A stretch of 64,000 bases of DNA from Candidatus Odyssella sp. (lineage in GTDB: Bacteria > Pseudomonadota > Alphaproteobacteria > Paracaedibacterales > Paracaedibacteraceae). The notes beneath the pieces were generated by a model. It was not told the origin of the DNA. It saw only the letters and a list, made by a program, of their open reading frames with translations, and ran no database searches. Both the position numbers and the translations under genes were made by a program. Each line of letters starts with the position of its first letter. Position 1 is the first letter of the stretch. The DNA lies in contig DYSP01000001.1 of NCBI GenBank assembly GCA_020718185.1, forward strand, positions 22,913-86,912. Reading direction: 5' to 3'. Below, in pieces: positions 30,364 through 41,502 of the stretch.

Positions 30364-30923
30364 GTTTTCTTATCTATTATTGAGGTTAAAATATCATGGT
30401 CGACAATTAAAGGATATTCTCTGGGTTTAAAAAGTTGATAGTGCCACCATTCGTTAATATATAAATCCCATCCAGCACTCATCATTATGCCTACAAGCAA
30501 ATAACGGTTACGCGCCGCTTCAGATGAAATGGCCGTGCTTCCATGATGTGACGCTATATCAAAACTATCAAATGGTGTACCCATGTCAAGTTCATTACCC
30601 ACATCATCAATTAACGTTAAATCCACTGCCACTCCCCGTGTATGATGAGAACCACGTTGCGGAGGCGCAATATAATTTGAATCTGGATAAATAGCCCACA
30701 GCTTTTCCTGAGGAGCTTGGGGACGATAAGCATCTAAAATTTTAAAGCGTAAACCTTGTCGTTTGGCTAATTTTATTGCTGCTTCTAAACATAGCAATGC
30801 ATCCGCATGCAAAAAACAGCGAGGAGAGTTATAAATAATTGCTCCTGTAAAGTTATTCGGGGTTGCATATCGCATATCTAGCACAATATTATGAGTTAAT
30901 TCAGTAATTTCTATTAACGACAT
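30360..30923 (-). CDS. ddpX: D-alanyl-D-alanine dipeptidase
   Basis: DMRYAT.NNFTG, DAYRP, SHHTRGVAVDLT, DMGT.FD, EWWHY. Confidence 0.95.
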   Translation of the reverse strand: MSLIEITELTHNIVLDMRYATPNNFTGAIIYNSPRCFLHADALLCLEAAIKLAKRQGLRFKILDAYRPQAPQEKLWAIYPDSNYIAPPQRGSHHTRGVAVDLTLIDDVGNELDMGTPFDSFDIASHHGSTAISSEAARNRYLLVGIMMSAGWDLYINEWWHYQLFKPREYPLIVDHDILTSIIDKKT

Positions 30924-30938
30924 TTTTTACCCCCTATA

Positions 30939-31601
30939 ATGCAATTACAATTAACAATTCTTGCCTTTGATACCACTGGCACCCAAGATTCACTCTCCTT
31001 ATACCACAAAGGTATTATGACAAGCAAAGTTTTACCAACCGGCGGCAGTCAGTTACAATCGTCAATTTTAATTCCTAGTCTTCAAAGCTTACTTAAGGAA
31101 CAAAAATTAACTTTTCAAGACATTCATGTTTTAGCAACCGTTTCAGGGCCGGGCTCTTTTACCGGCATTCGTATTGGACTTGCAACCGCTCAAGGTTTAT
31201 TGATTGCAGGAAAGTATCGCCCTGTTTTCCCAACATTGTTAGAAATACTTGCTTTTGCTGCTCGTCAAAAAAACCCTTCTGCAAAAATTTTAAGTTTAAT
31301 AGACAGCAAGCGAGGTGATTATTTTTGTCAGCCATTTGATTCAAATTTAATACCTGTTCAAACAGCAACTACCATCAGCGAAGCAGACATTCATCAACTA
31401 GCAGAGCCATTTGTCATTGTTAGCACCCACCCCATACCATCAATTCCTGATGTTATTGTTCCAACACAATCTGTTGCTGAATTGCTAATTGAATTTTGTT
31501 TAGAGATCGCTTTAAAAGACGACACAGGTCGATATCAAACAATGGCACCTTTTTATATTCGTCATCCTGAATTTAAAAAGCAAAAACGGTTTCTTTCATG
31601 A
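30939..31601 (+). CDS. tsaB: t6A biosynthesis protein TsaB
   Basis: LAFDT, GPGSFTGIRIG, IDSKRG, P.YIR. Confidence 0.92.
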   Translation: MQLQLTILAFDTTGTQDSLSLYHKGIMTSKVLPTGGSQLQSSILIPSLQSLLKEQKLTFQDIHVLATVSGPGSFTGIRIGLATAQGLLIAGKYRPVFPTLLEILAFAARQKNPSAKILSLIDSKRGDYFCQPFDSNLIPVQTATTISEADIHQLAEPFVIVSTHPIPSIPDVIVPTQSVAELLIEFCLEIALKDDTGRYQTMAPFYIRHPEFKKQKRFLS

Positions 31602-32041
31602 ATATTCGCCCGTTTACGATTTATGATGCTTCGATACTTGCTGAAATTCATGCGCAAAGCATGGATACTGCGTGGTCTGAACAAGAATTTCTAACCCTAT
31701 TACAAACACCTACTCATGGGGGATGGATGATCATTATAGATGATCAAGCTGTTGGCTTTATTATGGTAAGTTTACTTCCCCCTGATGCTGAAGTTTTGAC
31801 GTTTTGTGTGTTACCAAAATGGCGCAAACAACAAATAGGACAAAAGTTACTACAGCATTTTCTTACCAGTTGTCGACATCAAATTCACAACATTTTTCTA
31901 GAAGTTGCCGAAACCAACCAACCTGCGATCAATTTATATGTTAAATGCGGTTTTAAGCAGATAGGAGTGCGTAAAAATTACTATTATTCATCGCCAAATA
32001 CGCCTATAAATGCTGTTGTTATGCGGTTATATAAGAAATGA
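31598..32041 (+). CDS. rimI: RimI-like N-acetyltransferase
   Basis: FLEVAETN..AI.LY.K.GF..IGVRKNYY. Coupled to tsaB. Confidence 0.9.
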   Translation: MNIRPFTIYDASILAEIHAQSMDTAWSEQEFLTLLQTPTHGGWMIIIDDQAVGFIMVSLLPPDAEVLTFCVLPKWRKQQIGQKLLQHFLTSCRHQIHNIFLEVAETNQPAINLYVKCGFKQIGVRKNYYYSSPNTPINAVVMRLYKK

Positions 32042-32113
32042 GGTATAAGAGGCCATTGCCTAATGATTCTTTTGTTTTAACTTATTTCAATGCCTTATCC
32101 ACGTAATTGCCTG

Positions 32114-32740
32114 TTACATAAAGAGAGAAGCAAGGACACTTTCAGGAATGTGTTTCGGAGCATGAGTTACCTGCTGACACGGCGACAATACTTCGCTCTT
32201 CTTATGGTTTTGAAGGTACGCTTTAAGATAAGGATCTTTGCTTTGCTCTGCCTTTAATCCTTGTATAATTTGAGATTTTATCAATTCTATTTTTCTTATC
32301 ACTATATTTTGAGCTTCTGGATAAGAATAAAGACTGAATGAGGTTCTTTTACCTTCCCGCGTTAACAGGGAAGAACAATTAACTAATAGCCCGCCAAATA
32401 ACGTTAGGCGTTTTGCCTCTTCTTCAGGAAGCAAACAAAAAATTTCGTAAATATTGTGTAGGCGTGCATAAGCAAATAAACTTTGAAGTCCCTCTAGCAC
32501 AATTTCTATAACTGCGGCGTCATGCAGGGCAACACTTTTCTCTTCAAGCTGCCTTTTATAACGTAGAGAAAACCTTTGCAGCCTAAGTATCCCTTCACTG
32601 GCATCTATTTCGATTAATAAGGAAAAACCTGTTTCTCTTTGGGTTAATATAATTGTTTTAGCATATTCTGTTGTCGCATAAGAAAAGATAGAGTTTTTTT
32701 CCAACTGAACAGATTGAATATTTTCAAGGGAGGGTTCCAT
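32114..32740 (-). CDS. Hypothetical protein
   Basis: 208-aa ORF with AAGGAG RBS. No motif recognised. Confidence 0.65.
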   Translation of the reverse strand: MEPSLENIQSVQLEKNSIFSYATTEYAKTIILTQRETGFSLLIEIDASEGILRLQRFSLRYKRQLEEKSVALHDAAVIEIVLEGLQSLFAYARLHNIYEIFCLLPEEEAKRLTLFGGLLVNCSSLLTREGKRTSFSLYSYPEAQNIVIRKIELIKSQIIQGLKAEQSKDPYLKAYLQNHKKSEVLSPCQQVTHAPKHIPESVLASLFM

Positions 32741-33090
32741 GAAATTTCTCCTTTCCTTGCCATTGAACTATTTGCATAATTTTTTGTTTCCTAATGAATT
32801 TAAATTGTGCTTTAATGGTAATAATTATTTTTACATGAAATGTGTAATTGAAAAAGCCAACGATCTTATATCAAAATAGTTATAGCTGGGGATAAAGGGG
32901 CAGAAAGAGTCATTAAACCTTAGGGATGATCAGAAATAAAAAATCAAAAGAAATGAAATATATGTATCTTACAATATTTTTTAAAGAATATTTTTAGCAG
33001 TTTATTATATAAAACTTTAGAATACAGTGAAAATTAAGGCTGAGTTAGCCTCTCAATTTATAAATATTATTGATTCTTTAAAGCTTTAGT

Positions 33091-34668
33091 TTAATGCCCT
33101 GCTGAAGAAGCATCATCGTCTATTCTCACTTTTTGTAAGAAGGGAATTATGAAAAGCATGGATAGAAAAATGCCTGCCATTAACATATAAAGATTGTTAA
33201 ATGAAATAACTGCGGCTTCACGTTGAGTCATCTGGTATATCATCTTTAATGCCCCAAGCTCATTATCAGGCAGATGGGCAACGTTACCTAGATTGGCGCT
33301 TAACCCTTCATAATATTGAAGAGACTTCTCACTAGTTGCAGTGATATTATTCCTCAAAAGTGCATAGCCTTCTTTGGTCCAATTAATCCAAAAAGTATTA
33401 AAAACAGCAAGGCCAATTGCACCGCCCAGGTTGCGCATCAGATTATAAAGACCACTGGCATTTTTAATTTCGTGAATAGGTAATGTGCCAAGCGCAATTA
33501 AATTGATTGGCAAAAAGCACAACATTAATGACAAACCTCGCAGTGCTTGCGCTAGAAAAAACTCCCAAAACCCGGAATCCGCTGTTTGCCCCGAATTGGC
33601 AAGCCCGGACACTCCAAACATTAAAAAACCCAATGCCAGCATCAGTCTTAGGTCAATCTTTTTAGATAAAAATCCCGCAAGAGGTGCAGAAAAAAATTGA
33701 AAAATGCCCGCAATTGTTACATACAAACCAATTTGATAACTGTTAAGACCCAAAACTATACTTAGCTGTAAGGGCAGCAAGTAAACAGCAACATAAAGCC
33801 CCAAACCAATCACAAAACTAAACATACACCCAAAAGCAAAATTAATATTACGGAATGCGTAAAGATCAATCACCGGATTCTCAATCGTCAGCTCGCGGTA
33901 GAACATCCATATCATCGCCCCAACAGATACAAGACTAAAGCCTATGATGGAATCACTATCAAACCAGCCATCTCGAACCCCTTCTTCTAGCACGTATTGC
34001 AAACATCCAAGACTAATTGCAATGAGTAAAATGCCTGGTAAGTCGATCTTTTTTAATAAACTAAGATTGGGTTTATCTAAATCTACATAAAACCACGTGC
34101 TTAGAGCCACCAAAAGGCCAGGAATAACGTTGATCAGAAAAAGATAATGCCAAGAAAATTGATCTGTTAAATACCCTCCTAAAATAGGCCCGGTGGTCGG
34201 AGCAATCGTTACAACACTCCCCACAATAATGGTGAGCGTGGGTTGAAGTCGTTTGGGAAACATTGTGTAGATCACCCCAAAAACAGTTGGAATTAAAACA
34301 CCGCCAAACAATCCTTGAAGTGCACGAAACACAATGATAGAGCCAATACTCCACGAACACGCGGTGGCAACGCTCATGATCGTAAAACCAAGACAGCACA
34401 CTGTAAAAAGATATCTGGTTGAAAAGGTCATTGTTAACCAACCTGTAATAGGAATAACGATGACTTCAGCAATCAAATAAGCCGTTTGAACCCAGGTAAT
34501 TTGATCAGATGTTGCCGAAATACCTGCTTGAATTTCTGCAATAGAACTGGCCACAATTTGAATATCAAGCACAGCCATGAACATCCCAAAAACCATCCCA
34601 ATAAAACCAATCCATTGCTTGGTTGTGGGATCGGGCATATCTTGTGCTGAGTTAAACGTTTTAGTCAT
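33091..34668 (-). CDS. DHA2 family MFS efflux permease (EmrB-like)
   Basis: FMAVLDIQIV, WVQTAYLIAE, FLINV.PG, ASGLYNLMRNLGGAIG. Confidence 0.93.
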   Translation of the reverse strand: MTKTFNSAQDMPDPTTKQWIGFIGMVFGMFMAVLDIQIVASSIAEIQAGISATSDQITWVQTAYLIAEVIVIPITGWLTMTFSTRYLFTVCCLGFTIMSVATACSWSIGSIIVFRALQGLFGGVLIPTVFGVIYTMFPKRLQPTLTIIVGSVVTIAPTTGPILGGYLTDQFSWHYLFLINVIPGLLVALSTWFYVDLDKPNLSLLKKIDLPGILLIAISLGCLQYVLEEGVRDGWFDSDSIIGFSLVSVGAMIWMFYRELTIENPVIDLYAFRNINFAFGCMFSFVIGLGLYVAVYLLPLQLSIVLGLNSYQIGLYVTIAGIFQFFSAPLAGFLSKKIDLRLMLALGFLMFGVSGLANSGQTADSGFWEFFLAQALRGLSLMLCFLPINLIALGTLPIHEIKNASGLYNLMRNLGGAIGLAVFNTFWINWTKEGYALLRNNITATSEKSLQYYEGLSANLGNVAHLPDNELGALKMIYQMTQREAAVISFNNLYMLMAGIFLSMLFIIPFLQKVRIDDDASSAGH

Positions 34669-34676
34669 AGGCTAAC

Positions 34677-35699
34677 TCAACGCACGTTAATATGAACAAC
34701 ACTTGACATCCCCGGTTTCAAAAGAGACAAATCAGCCCCTTCATTAAAGGCGACTTTAACCGGAATCCGGCGGACGATTTTCGTAAAATTTCCTGTTGCA
34801 TTTTCAGGAGGCAAAATACTGAATTCTGAGCCACTGGCTGGGGCAACACTATCTAGTTTACCCTCAAACGTTATTCCAGAAAATGCATCGATAGTTATTT
34901 TGACAGCTTGACCAGCTTTCATTTTACTAATTTGTGTTTCTTTGAAATTTGCCTCTACCCAAATCTCTTTATCAGGAATCAAATAGATAAGACCCAACCC
35001 TGGCCTTGCCAATTGTCCAACTTGCACCCCACGATTTCCCACAATTCCATCCTTAGGAGCCGTAATTGTTGTGTTCTTTAAATCAATTTCAGCGAGTTCA
35101 ATGGCCGCATCGGCTTTTTTTAATTGCGCTTTTACTTCTTCCATTTGAGCCAAAACTACTTTTAACTGGATTACTGCCGCATCATACCTTGCTTGACTTT
35201 TTTGAACAGAGGCTAATCCATTTTTATGGTCAAAAACAGCCTGATCATTGACTTGTTCAGAAATTGCACCATCTTTAATCAACGACGATGTACGATTAAA
35301 TTCTTTTGTTGAGCGTATGACGCTTGCCTTTGACGCATGAAGATCAGCTTCTGCTTCTTTAATCGCTTCTTCTTGCAATAAATGCTGATTTTCAAGAATA
35401 CTATATTTTGCTTTTAACACTTCTGCTTCGGCATGCGTTTGCTGAACACGTGCTTTAAAATCACGTTGATCGATTTGAGCAATCACATCATCTTTTTTGA
35501 CATGCTGATTATCTTGAATCAACACATCCACCACATACCCACTCACTTTAGGACTGATAATTGTGACATTTCCTTTGAGATACGCATCATCAGTTGATTC
35601 AATACCCCGTACGAAAAAAAACCAATACAACAACCCAAGTGTCAGCACACCCAGCCCAATCAGAATAGACCTTTTTTTGATTTCATGAGAAATTTGCAT
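34677..35699 (-). CDS. HlyD/EmrA family membrane fusion protein
   Basis: STDDAY, WVEANFKETQ, FSILPPENATGNFTKIVRRIPV. Confidence 0.94.
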   Translation of the reverse strand: MQISHEIKKRSILIGLGVLTLGLLYWFFFVRGIESTDDAYLKGNVTIISPKVSGYVVDVLIQDNQHVKKDDVIAQIDQRDFKARVQQTHAEAEVLKAKYSILENQHLLQEEAIKEAEADLHASKASVIRSTKEFNRTSSLIKDGAISEQVNDQAVFDHKNGLASVQKSQARYDAAVIQLKVVLAQMEEVKAQLKKADAAIELAEIDLKNTTITAPKDGIVGNRGVQVGQLARPGLGLIYLIPDKEIWVEANFKETQISKMKAGQAVKITIDAFSGITFEGKLDSVAPASGSEFSILPPENATGNFTKIVRRIPVKVAFNEGADLSLLKPGMSSVVHINVR

Positions 35700-35715
35700 T
35701 TTTTTCTTTGCTTGA

Positions 35716-35736
35716 TAAACTAAACTGTTTAGTTTA
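35716..35736. promoter_or_regulatory. Probable TetR operator
   Basis: Perfect palindrome TAAACTAAAC-T-GTTTAGTTTA between the divergent emrA-like and tetR genes. Confidence 0.75.
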
Positions 35737-35783
35737 ATTTAATCTTAAGTTAACAATTGGTCAACCTCTTTGATGAATATGTA

Positions 35784-36392
35784 ATGAGTGATCCTAAAAA
35801 TTCTCAAAAATACAATTTAATAATGAGCGCTGCCACCCGTATTTTTTCAGAAAAAGGGTATAAGGCAGCAAGCATGGACGAAATTGCAGCTGCTGCTCCT
35901 GTTTCTAAAGCAACTCTTTATGCGCATTTTAGAGATAAGAAAAATTTATTTACAGCTATGATTGTAGATCGCTGCAACAACCTTTCTCAAATTATTGATC
36001 AGGTAATGGTTGACCCAAACCTTGATTTTCGAACAGGCCTTCAAAAAATTGCCCATCAATTCCAAGAGTTGACCCAATCCCAAGAATCCATGTGTATTCT
36101 TAGTTTGGTCGTTGCTGAAAAAAAACAATTCTCAGAAATTGCTGAAATCTTTTACACCTCGGTGAATCTTATTACAAGCTCTCTTTCAAAATACCTTGAT
36201 GTTGTTGCTATAAGAAAAGAAGCCTATTTTAAATGTACTCACTTGGCCGCAATTATGTTCATTAATATGCTCAAAGGTGACTATTTTATGAAAAACTTAC
36301 TTGGCCTACCTGTTCAAAAATCAAAACAGCTGCAACAAGAATTAGTTGATGAAGCTGTTCATCTTTTTATTCAAGGGCATTTACTATTATGA
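35784..36392 (+). CDS. TetR/AcrR family regulator
   Basis: F.EKGYKAASMDEIAAAAPVSKATLYAHF..K. ATG 35784 preferred over TTG 35757. Confidence 0.93.
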   Translation: MSDPKNSQKYNLIMSAATRIFSEKGYKAASMDEIAAAAPVSKATLYAHFRDKKNLFTAMIVDRCNNLSQIIDQVMVDPNLDFRTGLQKIAHQFQELTQSQESMCILSLVVAEKKQFSEIAEIFYTSVNLITSSLSKYLDVVAIRKEAYFKCTHLAAIMFINMLKGDYFMKNLLGLPVQKSKQLQQELVDEAVHLFIQGHLLL

Positions 36393-37843
36393 CCAGTTCT
36401 CGTTTTTTAAAACTTATCTGTCTTCCTCCCCTTCTTGCATCTTGCACAGTGGGGCCAGACTATCAACGCCCAACAGAAGCGATGCCTGCGACATGGGCGA
36501 ATACATCAGATAATTCAACCACTTCCGTGGATCATACATGGTGGCACTGTTTTTCGGATCCTGTTTTAACACAACTCGTTGATATGACGTATAAACAAAA
36601 TCATGACATTAAAATTGCCATCGAGCGATTACACCAATCTCGTGCAAATGTAGATAGCAAATTTGCTGATTTACTACCACAACTATCTCTTTCTGGCCAA
36701 ATTGAGCGTGAACGTAATACAGTGACTGCCTTTCCAGTTGTCACACCGTTTGCGGCTAGCCAAACACACTTTGATGCGTCTTGGGAAATTGATCTATTTG
36801 GTAAAAATCGCCGTCGTTTAGAAGCAGAAGAAGCTCTTTCGGATGCAACGCTTGTAAATCTCAATGCTATTCAAGTTTCTGTCATTGCAGAAGTCGTGCG
36901 TAACTATATTGACTATCGTTTAAATGAAGAATTATTAAAAATTACTGAGGAAAATCTTGACACACAAAAACAAACAGTCAACCTAACAAAAAAGCAATTT
37001 TCTGCAGGGCAAGCTGCCCGATTTGATTTTTTGCGTGCTGATACACAGTTTAAAACAACGCAGTCTCAACAGCCAAAATATGCAGCCGCTATGACAGCAG
37101 CTCAATACCGCTTGGAAGTTTTGTTAGGCCTTCATCCTCAAGCCTTAACACCCATATTAAGAACCGGAAAGGGTGTACCGATTACACCGTCTGAGTTTAA
37201 GCTTCAATCACCCGTCAATGTTATTCGTCAACGTCCCGATGTCAGTGCAGCTGAACGCCAATTAGCAGCAGCAACAGCAATGGAAGGCGTGGCAATTGCA
37301 CAAATGTATCCTCAACTCTCACTTTCAGGGTTTTTTGGTGCTCTTTCCGCAGGATCGTTGGGATTGGGATCTAATTCACCAGAAAAATCTCATCTTTTTT
37401 CTTCGACTAACCGATCATGGTATGAAGCAGCGGCTATTTCAGTACCAATTTTTAACTTTGGTAGACTTCAAAGTGCTAGCAAAATCGCAAAATCAGAAAG
37501 CAAACAAGCACTTTATTTTTATGAGCAAACAATCCTAAAAGCCTTAGCAGAAATAGAAACAGCTCTCAAGGATTTTGAGCAAGAACAACGACGTTCTGTT
37601 TCACTTAGCCAAGCAGTTGATGATGCCAAACAAGCAGTAAACATTGCTCATAAACGTTATACTCAAGGATTAACGTCACTATTAGAATTACTTGATGTTC
37701 AAAGAAATTTATTTGCCTTACAAGAACAACTTGCTTCTTCAAATGCCACTGAAGCCATTAACCTTGTTCGTCTTAATAAAGCTGTTGGAAGTGGATGGCA
37801 AATAGTAGTTCAAACTCAAAAATCTGATAAGGATCTGTCTTAA
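36389..37843 (+). CDS. Efflux outer membrane lipoprotein (NodT/OprM family)
   Basis: Lipobox LASC-TVGPDYQRP, WW..F.DP.L, SWEIDLFG, RPDV.AAE. Confidence 0.93.
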   Translation: MTSSRFLKLICLPPLLASCTVGPDYQRPTEAMPATWANTSDNSTTSVDHTWWHCFSDPVLTQLVDMTYKQNHDIKIAIERLHQSRANVDSKFADLLPQLSLSGQIERERNTVTAFPVVTPFAASQTHFDASWEIDLFGKNRRRLEAEEALSDATLVNLNAIQVSVIAEVVRNYIDYRLNEELLKITEENLDTQKQTVNLTKKQFSAGQAARFDFLRADTQFKTTQSQQPKYAAAMTAAQYRLEVLLGLHPQALTPILRTGKGVPITPSEFKLQSPVNVIRQRPDVSAAERQLAAATAMEGVAIAQMYPQLSLSGFFGALSAGSLGLGSNSPEKSHLFSSTNRSWYEAAAISVPIFNFGRLQSASKIAKSESKQALYFYEQTILKALAEIETALKDFEQEQRRSVSLSQAVDDAKQAVNIAHKRYTQGLTSLLELLDVQRNLFALQEQLASSNATEAINLVRLNKAVGSGWQIVVQTQKSDKDLS

Positions 37844-37865
37844 CTTTCTTAAAAAGCGATGGAAA

Positions 37866-38393
37866 ATGAACATAGAAAAATCAGATAAAGACTGGTTTTT
37901 ACCTGACATGATTATCAAGAAAATCGATCACTCTACTAGTGAAGAGTTGCAGACATTTCTTAATCATTTTAAAGATTTCTTTATGTTATGTGAAGGGGTA
38001 AGTCCTTCTGCCATAGACGTATTGCGAGCTTGCCCTACCAACAAAGACATTTTTCAAGATAAACTTTGTTTAGGAATCTATAAAGACACTGTTTTTATTG
38101 CTTTTATAGATATGATCAAAAATTATCCAACACAGGATGTCTTGACAATTGGATATTTTCTTGTTCATCCTTCTTATCACTCGCTTGGATTGGGAACAAG
38201 AATTATCCATTTTCTGACCCAATGGACTTTCGATCATGGCTTTACAAAACTGCGACTAAGCGTACAAAGTCAAAACCCTAAAGCGTTAGCTTTTTGGCAG
38301 AAAAATGACTTCAATATTGTGAGAAAAATCAAAGAAGAACTAGGGGAAAAAACAAATGAGACATATATATTAGAATATGTTTCTCAAAAATAA
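37866..38393 (+). CDS. GNAT family N-acetyltransferase
   Basis: VHPSYHSLGLGT acetyl-CoA motif, N..A..FW.K..F. Confidence 0.85.
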   Translation: MNIEKSDKDWFLPDMIIKKIDHSTSEELQTFLNHFKDFFMLCEGVSPSAIDVLRACPTNKDIFQDKLCLGIYKDTVFIAFIDMIKNYPTQDVLTIGYFLVHPSYHSLGLGTRIIHFLTQWTFDHGFTKLRLSVQSQNPKALAFWQKNDFNIVRKIKEELGEKTNETYILEYVSQK

Positions 38394-38427
38394 TGACAAT
38401 GCTTAATTTTAAACATGGAGGATATTA

Positions 38428-38904
38428 ATGGTTGGATATCGACTTTTAGCTTCTGGATTTTATGCTGGTTACCTTCCTTATATGCCTGGCACGTGGGGTA
38501 GCTTTGTCGGCGTATTGCTCACTTGGCCATTAATCTCTTGTGATTGGGAAATTTTTTTAATCGCCACAATTTTTACTTTTTTATTAGGTTGGCTGCTGTC
38601 ACAAAAATTGATTCAAGAAAACCCACAAAATACAGATCCCAGCTATATCGTGATTGATGAAATTGCCGGCCTCTTCTTAACATATTGTATAATTACTTGG
38701 TTTTTTGGAGAACTCTCTTTCCTGGCATTAGGGACGGGATTTGCTGCTTTTCGGCTTTTTGATATCTGGAAACCTTTTCCCATTAATTGGGTAGATAAAA
38801 ATTTGTCAAAGTTTCCACCTATGGTTGGCCTCAGTGTTATGCTTGATGATATACTGGCAGCCATTCCAGCTGCAAGCTTAACAATCCTAATACTTTTTTT
38901 GTAA
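38428..38904 (+). CDS. pgpA: Phosphatidylglycerophosphatase A
   Basis: PGTWGS, DPSYIVIDE, FRLFDIWKP.PI, VMLDD. Confidence 0.95.
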   Translation: MVGYRLLASGFYAGYLPYMPGTWGSFVGVLLTWPLISCDWEIFLIATIFTFLLGWLLSQKLIQENPQNTDPSYIVIDEIAGLFLTYCIITWFFGELSFLALGTGFAAFRLFDIWKPFPINWVDKNLSKFPPMVGLSVMLDDILAAIPAASLTILILFL

Positions 38905-38951
38905 AAAGCATGAAATTTGTGGTAAAGCTATACGAATTATAGTTCGAAAAT

Positions 38952-40646
38952 ATGAAAGAAAGATATATGTCAAGTTATCAATATATTTATGTCATGAAAG
39001 GCATGACGAAACTATTTCCCGGCGGCCGTGAAGTTTTGAAAGATGTTTGGCTTTCTTTCTTTCCAGGTGCGAAAATTGGTATCATCGGACCGAATGGATC
39101 AGGCAAATCAACACTTCTTAAAATTATGGCCGGTGTTGACAAGGATTTTAACGGCGAAGCATGGGCGGCAGACGGTGTAAAAGTTGGATACCTTCCCCAA
39201 GAACCAGAGCTAGATCCCAAACTTTCGGTCATGGATAATATTTTATCAGGCCTAAAAGAAACAAAAGATCTTTTGGATCGTTTTGATCAAGTTAGTGCTC
39301 GTTTTGCAGAAGAACTTTCTGACGATGAAATGAATGCCTTGATTATGGAACAAGGAGAGTTGCAAGAAAAGATCGATGCCGCTGATGCATGGGATTTAGC
39401 ACGTAAAGTAGAAATCGCCATGGATGCTTTACGTTGTCCTGCTGGTGATGCAGACGTGTCCAAATTATCTGGGGGTGAAAAACGTCGAATCGCACTTTGT
39501 CGTCTTTTGATGCAAAAACCTGACATGTTGCTCCTTGACGAACCAACAAACCACTTAGATGCCGAATCGGTTGCATGGTTGGAAAGATTTTTGAAAGACT
39601 ATAGTGGTACTGTTGTTCTTATTACCCATGACCGTTATTTTCTTGATAATGTCGTAGGCTGGATCCTTGAACTTGACCGTGGACAAAGCATTCCTTATGA
39701 AGGTAATTATTCTAATTGGTTAGAAAAAAAACAAAAACGTCTAGAAATAGAAGGTCGTCAAGAATCTTCACGCCAAAAACAATTAGCCCGAGAATTAGAA
39801 TGGATTCGTCAATCTCCAAAAGCCCGCCAGAGCAAAAGCAAAGCTCGTATCCAAGCCTATGAGAATTTACTCTCTCAAGACTTTGATCAAGGCAAAGGCG
39901 ATGGAGCGATCTTTATTCCAGCCGGTGCGCGCCTTGGAGATGTGGTGATTGAAGCAGATAAATTGCAAAAAGCTTTTGGAGATCGCTTACTCATTGACAA
40001 TCTTAATTTTAATTTACCTCGGGGTGGAATTGTCGGTGTTATTGGGCCGAATGGGGCCGGTAAAACGACTCTTTTTAAAATGATTTCAGGTGCCGATCAG
40101 CCTGATGCAGGGACGCTTCGTTTAGGTGAAACCGTCGTTCTGGGATATGTTGATCAATCCCGCGATACATTAGATGCAAAAAAAACCGTTTGGGAGGAAA
40201 TTTCAGGAGGAAACGATGAAATTACCCTTGGCAAACGAACAATTCCTAGCCGCGCTTATTGTGGACTATTTAATTTTAAAGGTGGCGACCAACAAAAGAA
40301 AGTTGGTCAACTTTCAGGTGGAGAAAGAAATCGCGTACATTTGGCAAAAGTTTTACAAACAGGCGCAAATGTGCTAATGCTCGACGAACCTACAAATGAT
40401 CTAGACGTTGAAACTTTACGTTCATTAGAAGAAGCGCTTTTAGAATACGCTGGTTGTGCCATTGTGATTAGTCATGATCGCTGGTTCTTAGATCGTATTG
40501 CGACTCATATCCTAGCTTTTGAAGGCGATAGTCAAGTCGTTTGGTTTGAAGGAAATTACGATTCGTATGAAGCTGATCGCAAACGTCGTCTTGGCGTTGC
40601 TGCTGATCAACCACATCGAATTCACTACAAGCCACTTGAAAGATAG
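38952..40646 (+). CDS. ettA: Energy-dependent translational throttle ABC-F protein
   Basis: [10 protein letters not shown], two ABC cassettes, [18 protein letters not shown]. Start may be ATG 38967. Confidence 0.95.
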   Translation: MKERYMSSYQYIYVMKGMTKLFPGGREVLKDVWLSFFPGAKIGIIGPNGSGKSTLLKIMAGVDKDFNGEAWAADGVKVGYLPQEPELDPKLSVMDNILSGLKETKDLLDRFDQVSARFAEELSDDEMNALIMEQGELQEKIDAADAWDLARKVEIAMDALRCPAGDADVSKLSGGEKRRIALCRLLMQKPDMLLLDEPTNHLDAESVAWLERFLKDYSGTVVLITHDRYFLDNVVGWILELDRGQSIPYEGNYSNWLEKKQKRLEIEGRQESSRQKQLARELEWIRQSPKARQSKSKARIQAYENLLSQDFDQGKGDGAIFIPAGARLGDVVIEADKLQKAFGDRLLIDNLNFNLPRGGIVGVIGPNGAGKTTLFKMISGADQPDAGTLRLGETVVLGYVDQSRDTLDAKKTVWEEISGGNDEITLGKRTIPSRAYCGLFNFKGGDQQKKVGQLSGGERNRVHLAKVLQTGANVLMLDEPTNDLDVETLRSLEEALLEYAGCAIVISHDRWFLDRIATHILAFEGDSQVVWFEGNYDSYEADRKRRLGVAADQPHRIHYKPLER

Positions 40647-40876
40647 AAAGGCTCTTTTTTTTAAATAAAGGCGAGAAAAGTTTTAAATCTTATGTGTTTT
40701 TAAGGAAAGATGAAAAAATTTTACTAATTCACTTATAAGATTTAAAAAAATTCTGGCAAAACTGTCACACATCTTCAACAACAACAAAAAACTTATAGTT
40801 TAAAGTTGGAGTATTCATGAGCGGATGGTATGACATAGATCAAAATATTTTTTATTTCTGTTTATCGAGGTATATT

Positions 40877-41356
40877 GTGTCCCATTTTGATGAAATTGAT
40901 CTGCAAATTTTAAAAGATCTGCAAGATAATGGGAGGCTCACAAATGTAGAGCTTGCCCGCCGTGCAGGAATTTCTGCGCCACCCTGTTTGCGCCGTGTCC
41001 GTGCATTAGAAGATTTAGATGTTATCCAAGGATATCATGCGAATGTTAATACAGCCGCACTTGGTTTTGGCGTTTGCGTATTTGCGCAAGTAGGATTAGC
41101 CAGCCAAAGCGACAATGACCTAAGAGCTTTTGAAACCAAAGTAAAGCAATGGCCTTTGGTTAGAGAATGCCATATGGTAGCAGGTGATGCAGACTTTTTA
41201 TTAAAAATAGTTGCGCGTGACTGGGATGAATATCAACAATTTCTTTCCAGCGTACTAACAGCTACAACAAATGTCAAAAATGTAAAAAGCAAGCTGGTTG
41301 TTCGCTCTTCTAAACATTTACCGGGCATTCCCATTGAAGAAGTAAAAATAGCCTAA
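40877..41356 (+). CDS. Lrp/AsnC family regulator
   Basis: DEIDLQIL..LQ.NGR.TNVELA...GISAPPCLRRVRALE. GTG 40877 follows GAGG (ORF track opens at 40817). Confidence 0.93.
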   Translation: MSHFDEIDLQILKDLQDNGRLTNVELARRAGISAPPCLRRVRALEDLDVIQGYHANVNTAALGFGVCVFAQVGLASQSDNDLRAFETKVKQWPLVRECHMVAGDADFLLKIVARDWDEYQQFLSSVLTATTNVKNVKSKLVVRSSKHLPGIPIEEVKIA

Positions 41357-41366
41357 TTGCTATGAA

Positions 41367-41405
41367 TACCACTGGAATTCTTACCTAGTAAAAATTTCAG
41401 TGGTA
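41367..41405. terminator. Hairpin after the Lrp gene
   Basis: TACCACTGGAATT...AATTTCAGTGGTA stem. Confidence 0.55.
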
Positions 41406-41502
41406 AAGCATATACAACCCAGCATAGCTTAAAAAACTTGTTTTTGGATGACGATGGGTATATATCTGTAAGAAAACCACCCTAAAATGAGTATAACTAA
41501 CC

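Noticed and set aside
35734-35754. Two overlapping TTAA-N7-TTAA (CtrA-like) sites
   Set aside because: Expected by chance in AT-rich spacers, and the TetR palindrome already explains regulation here.
41411-41464. TATAC...GGGTATA possible short element
   Set aside because: Arms too degenerate and no matching copy in the window.
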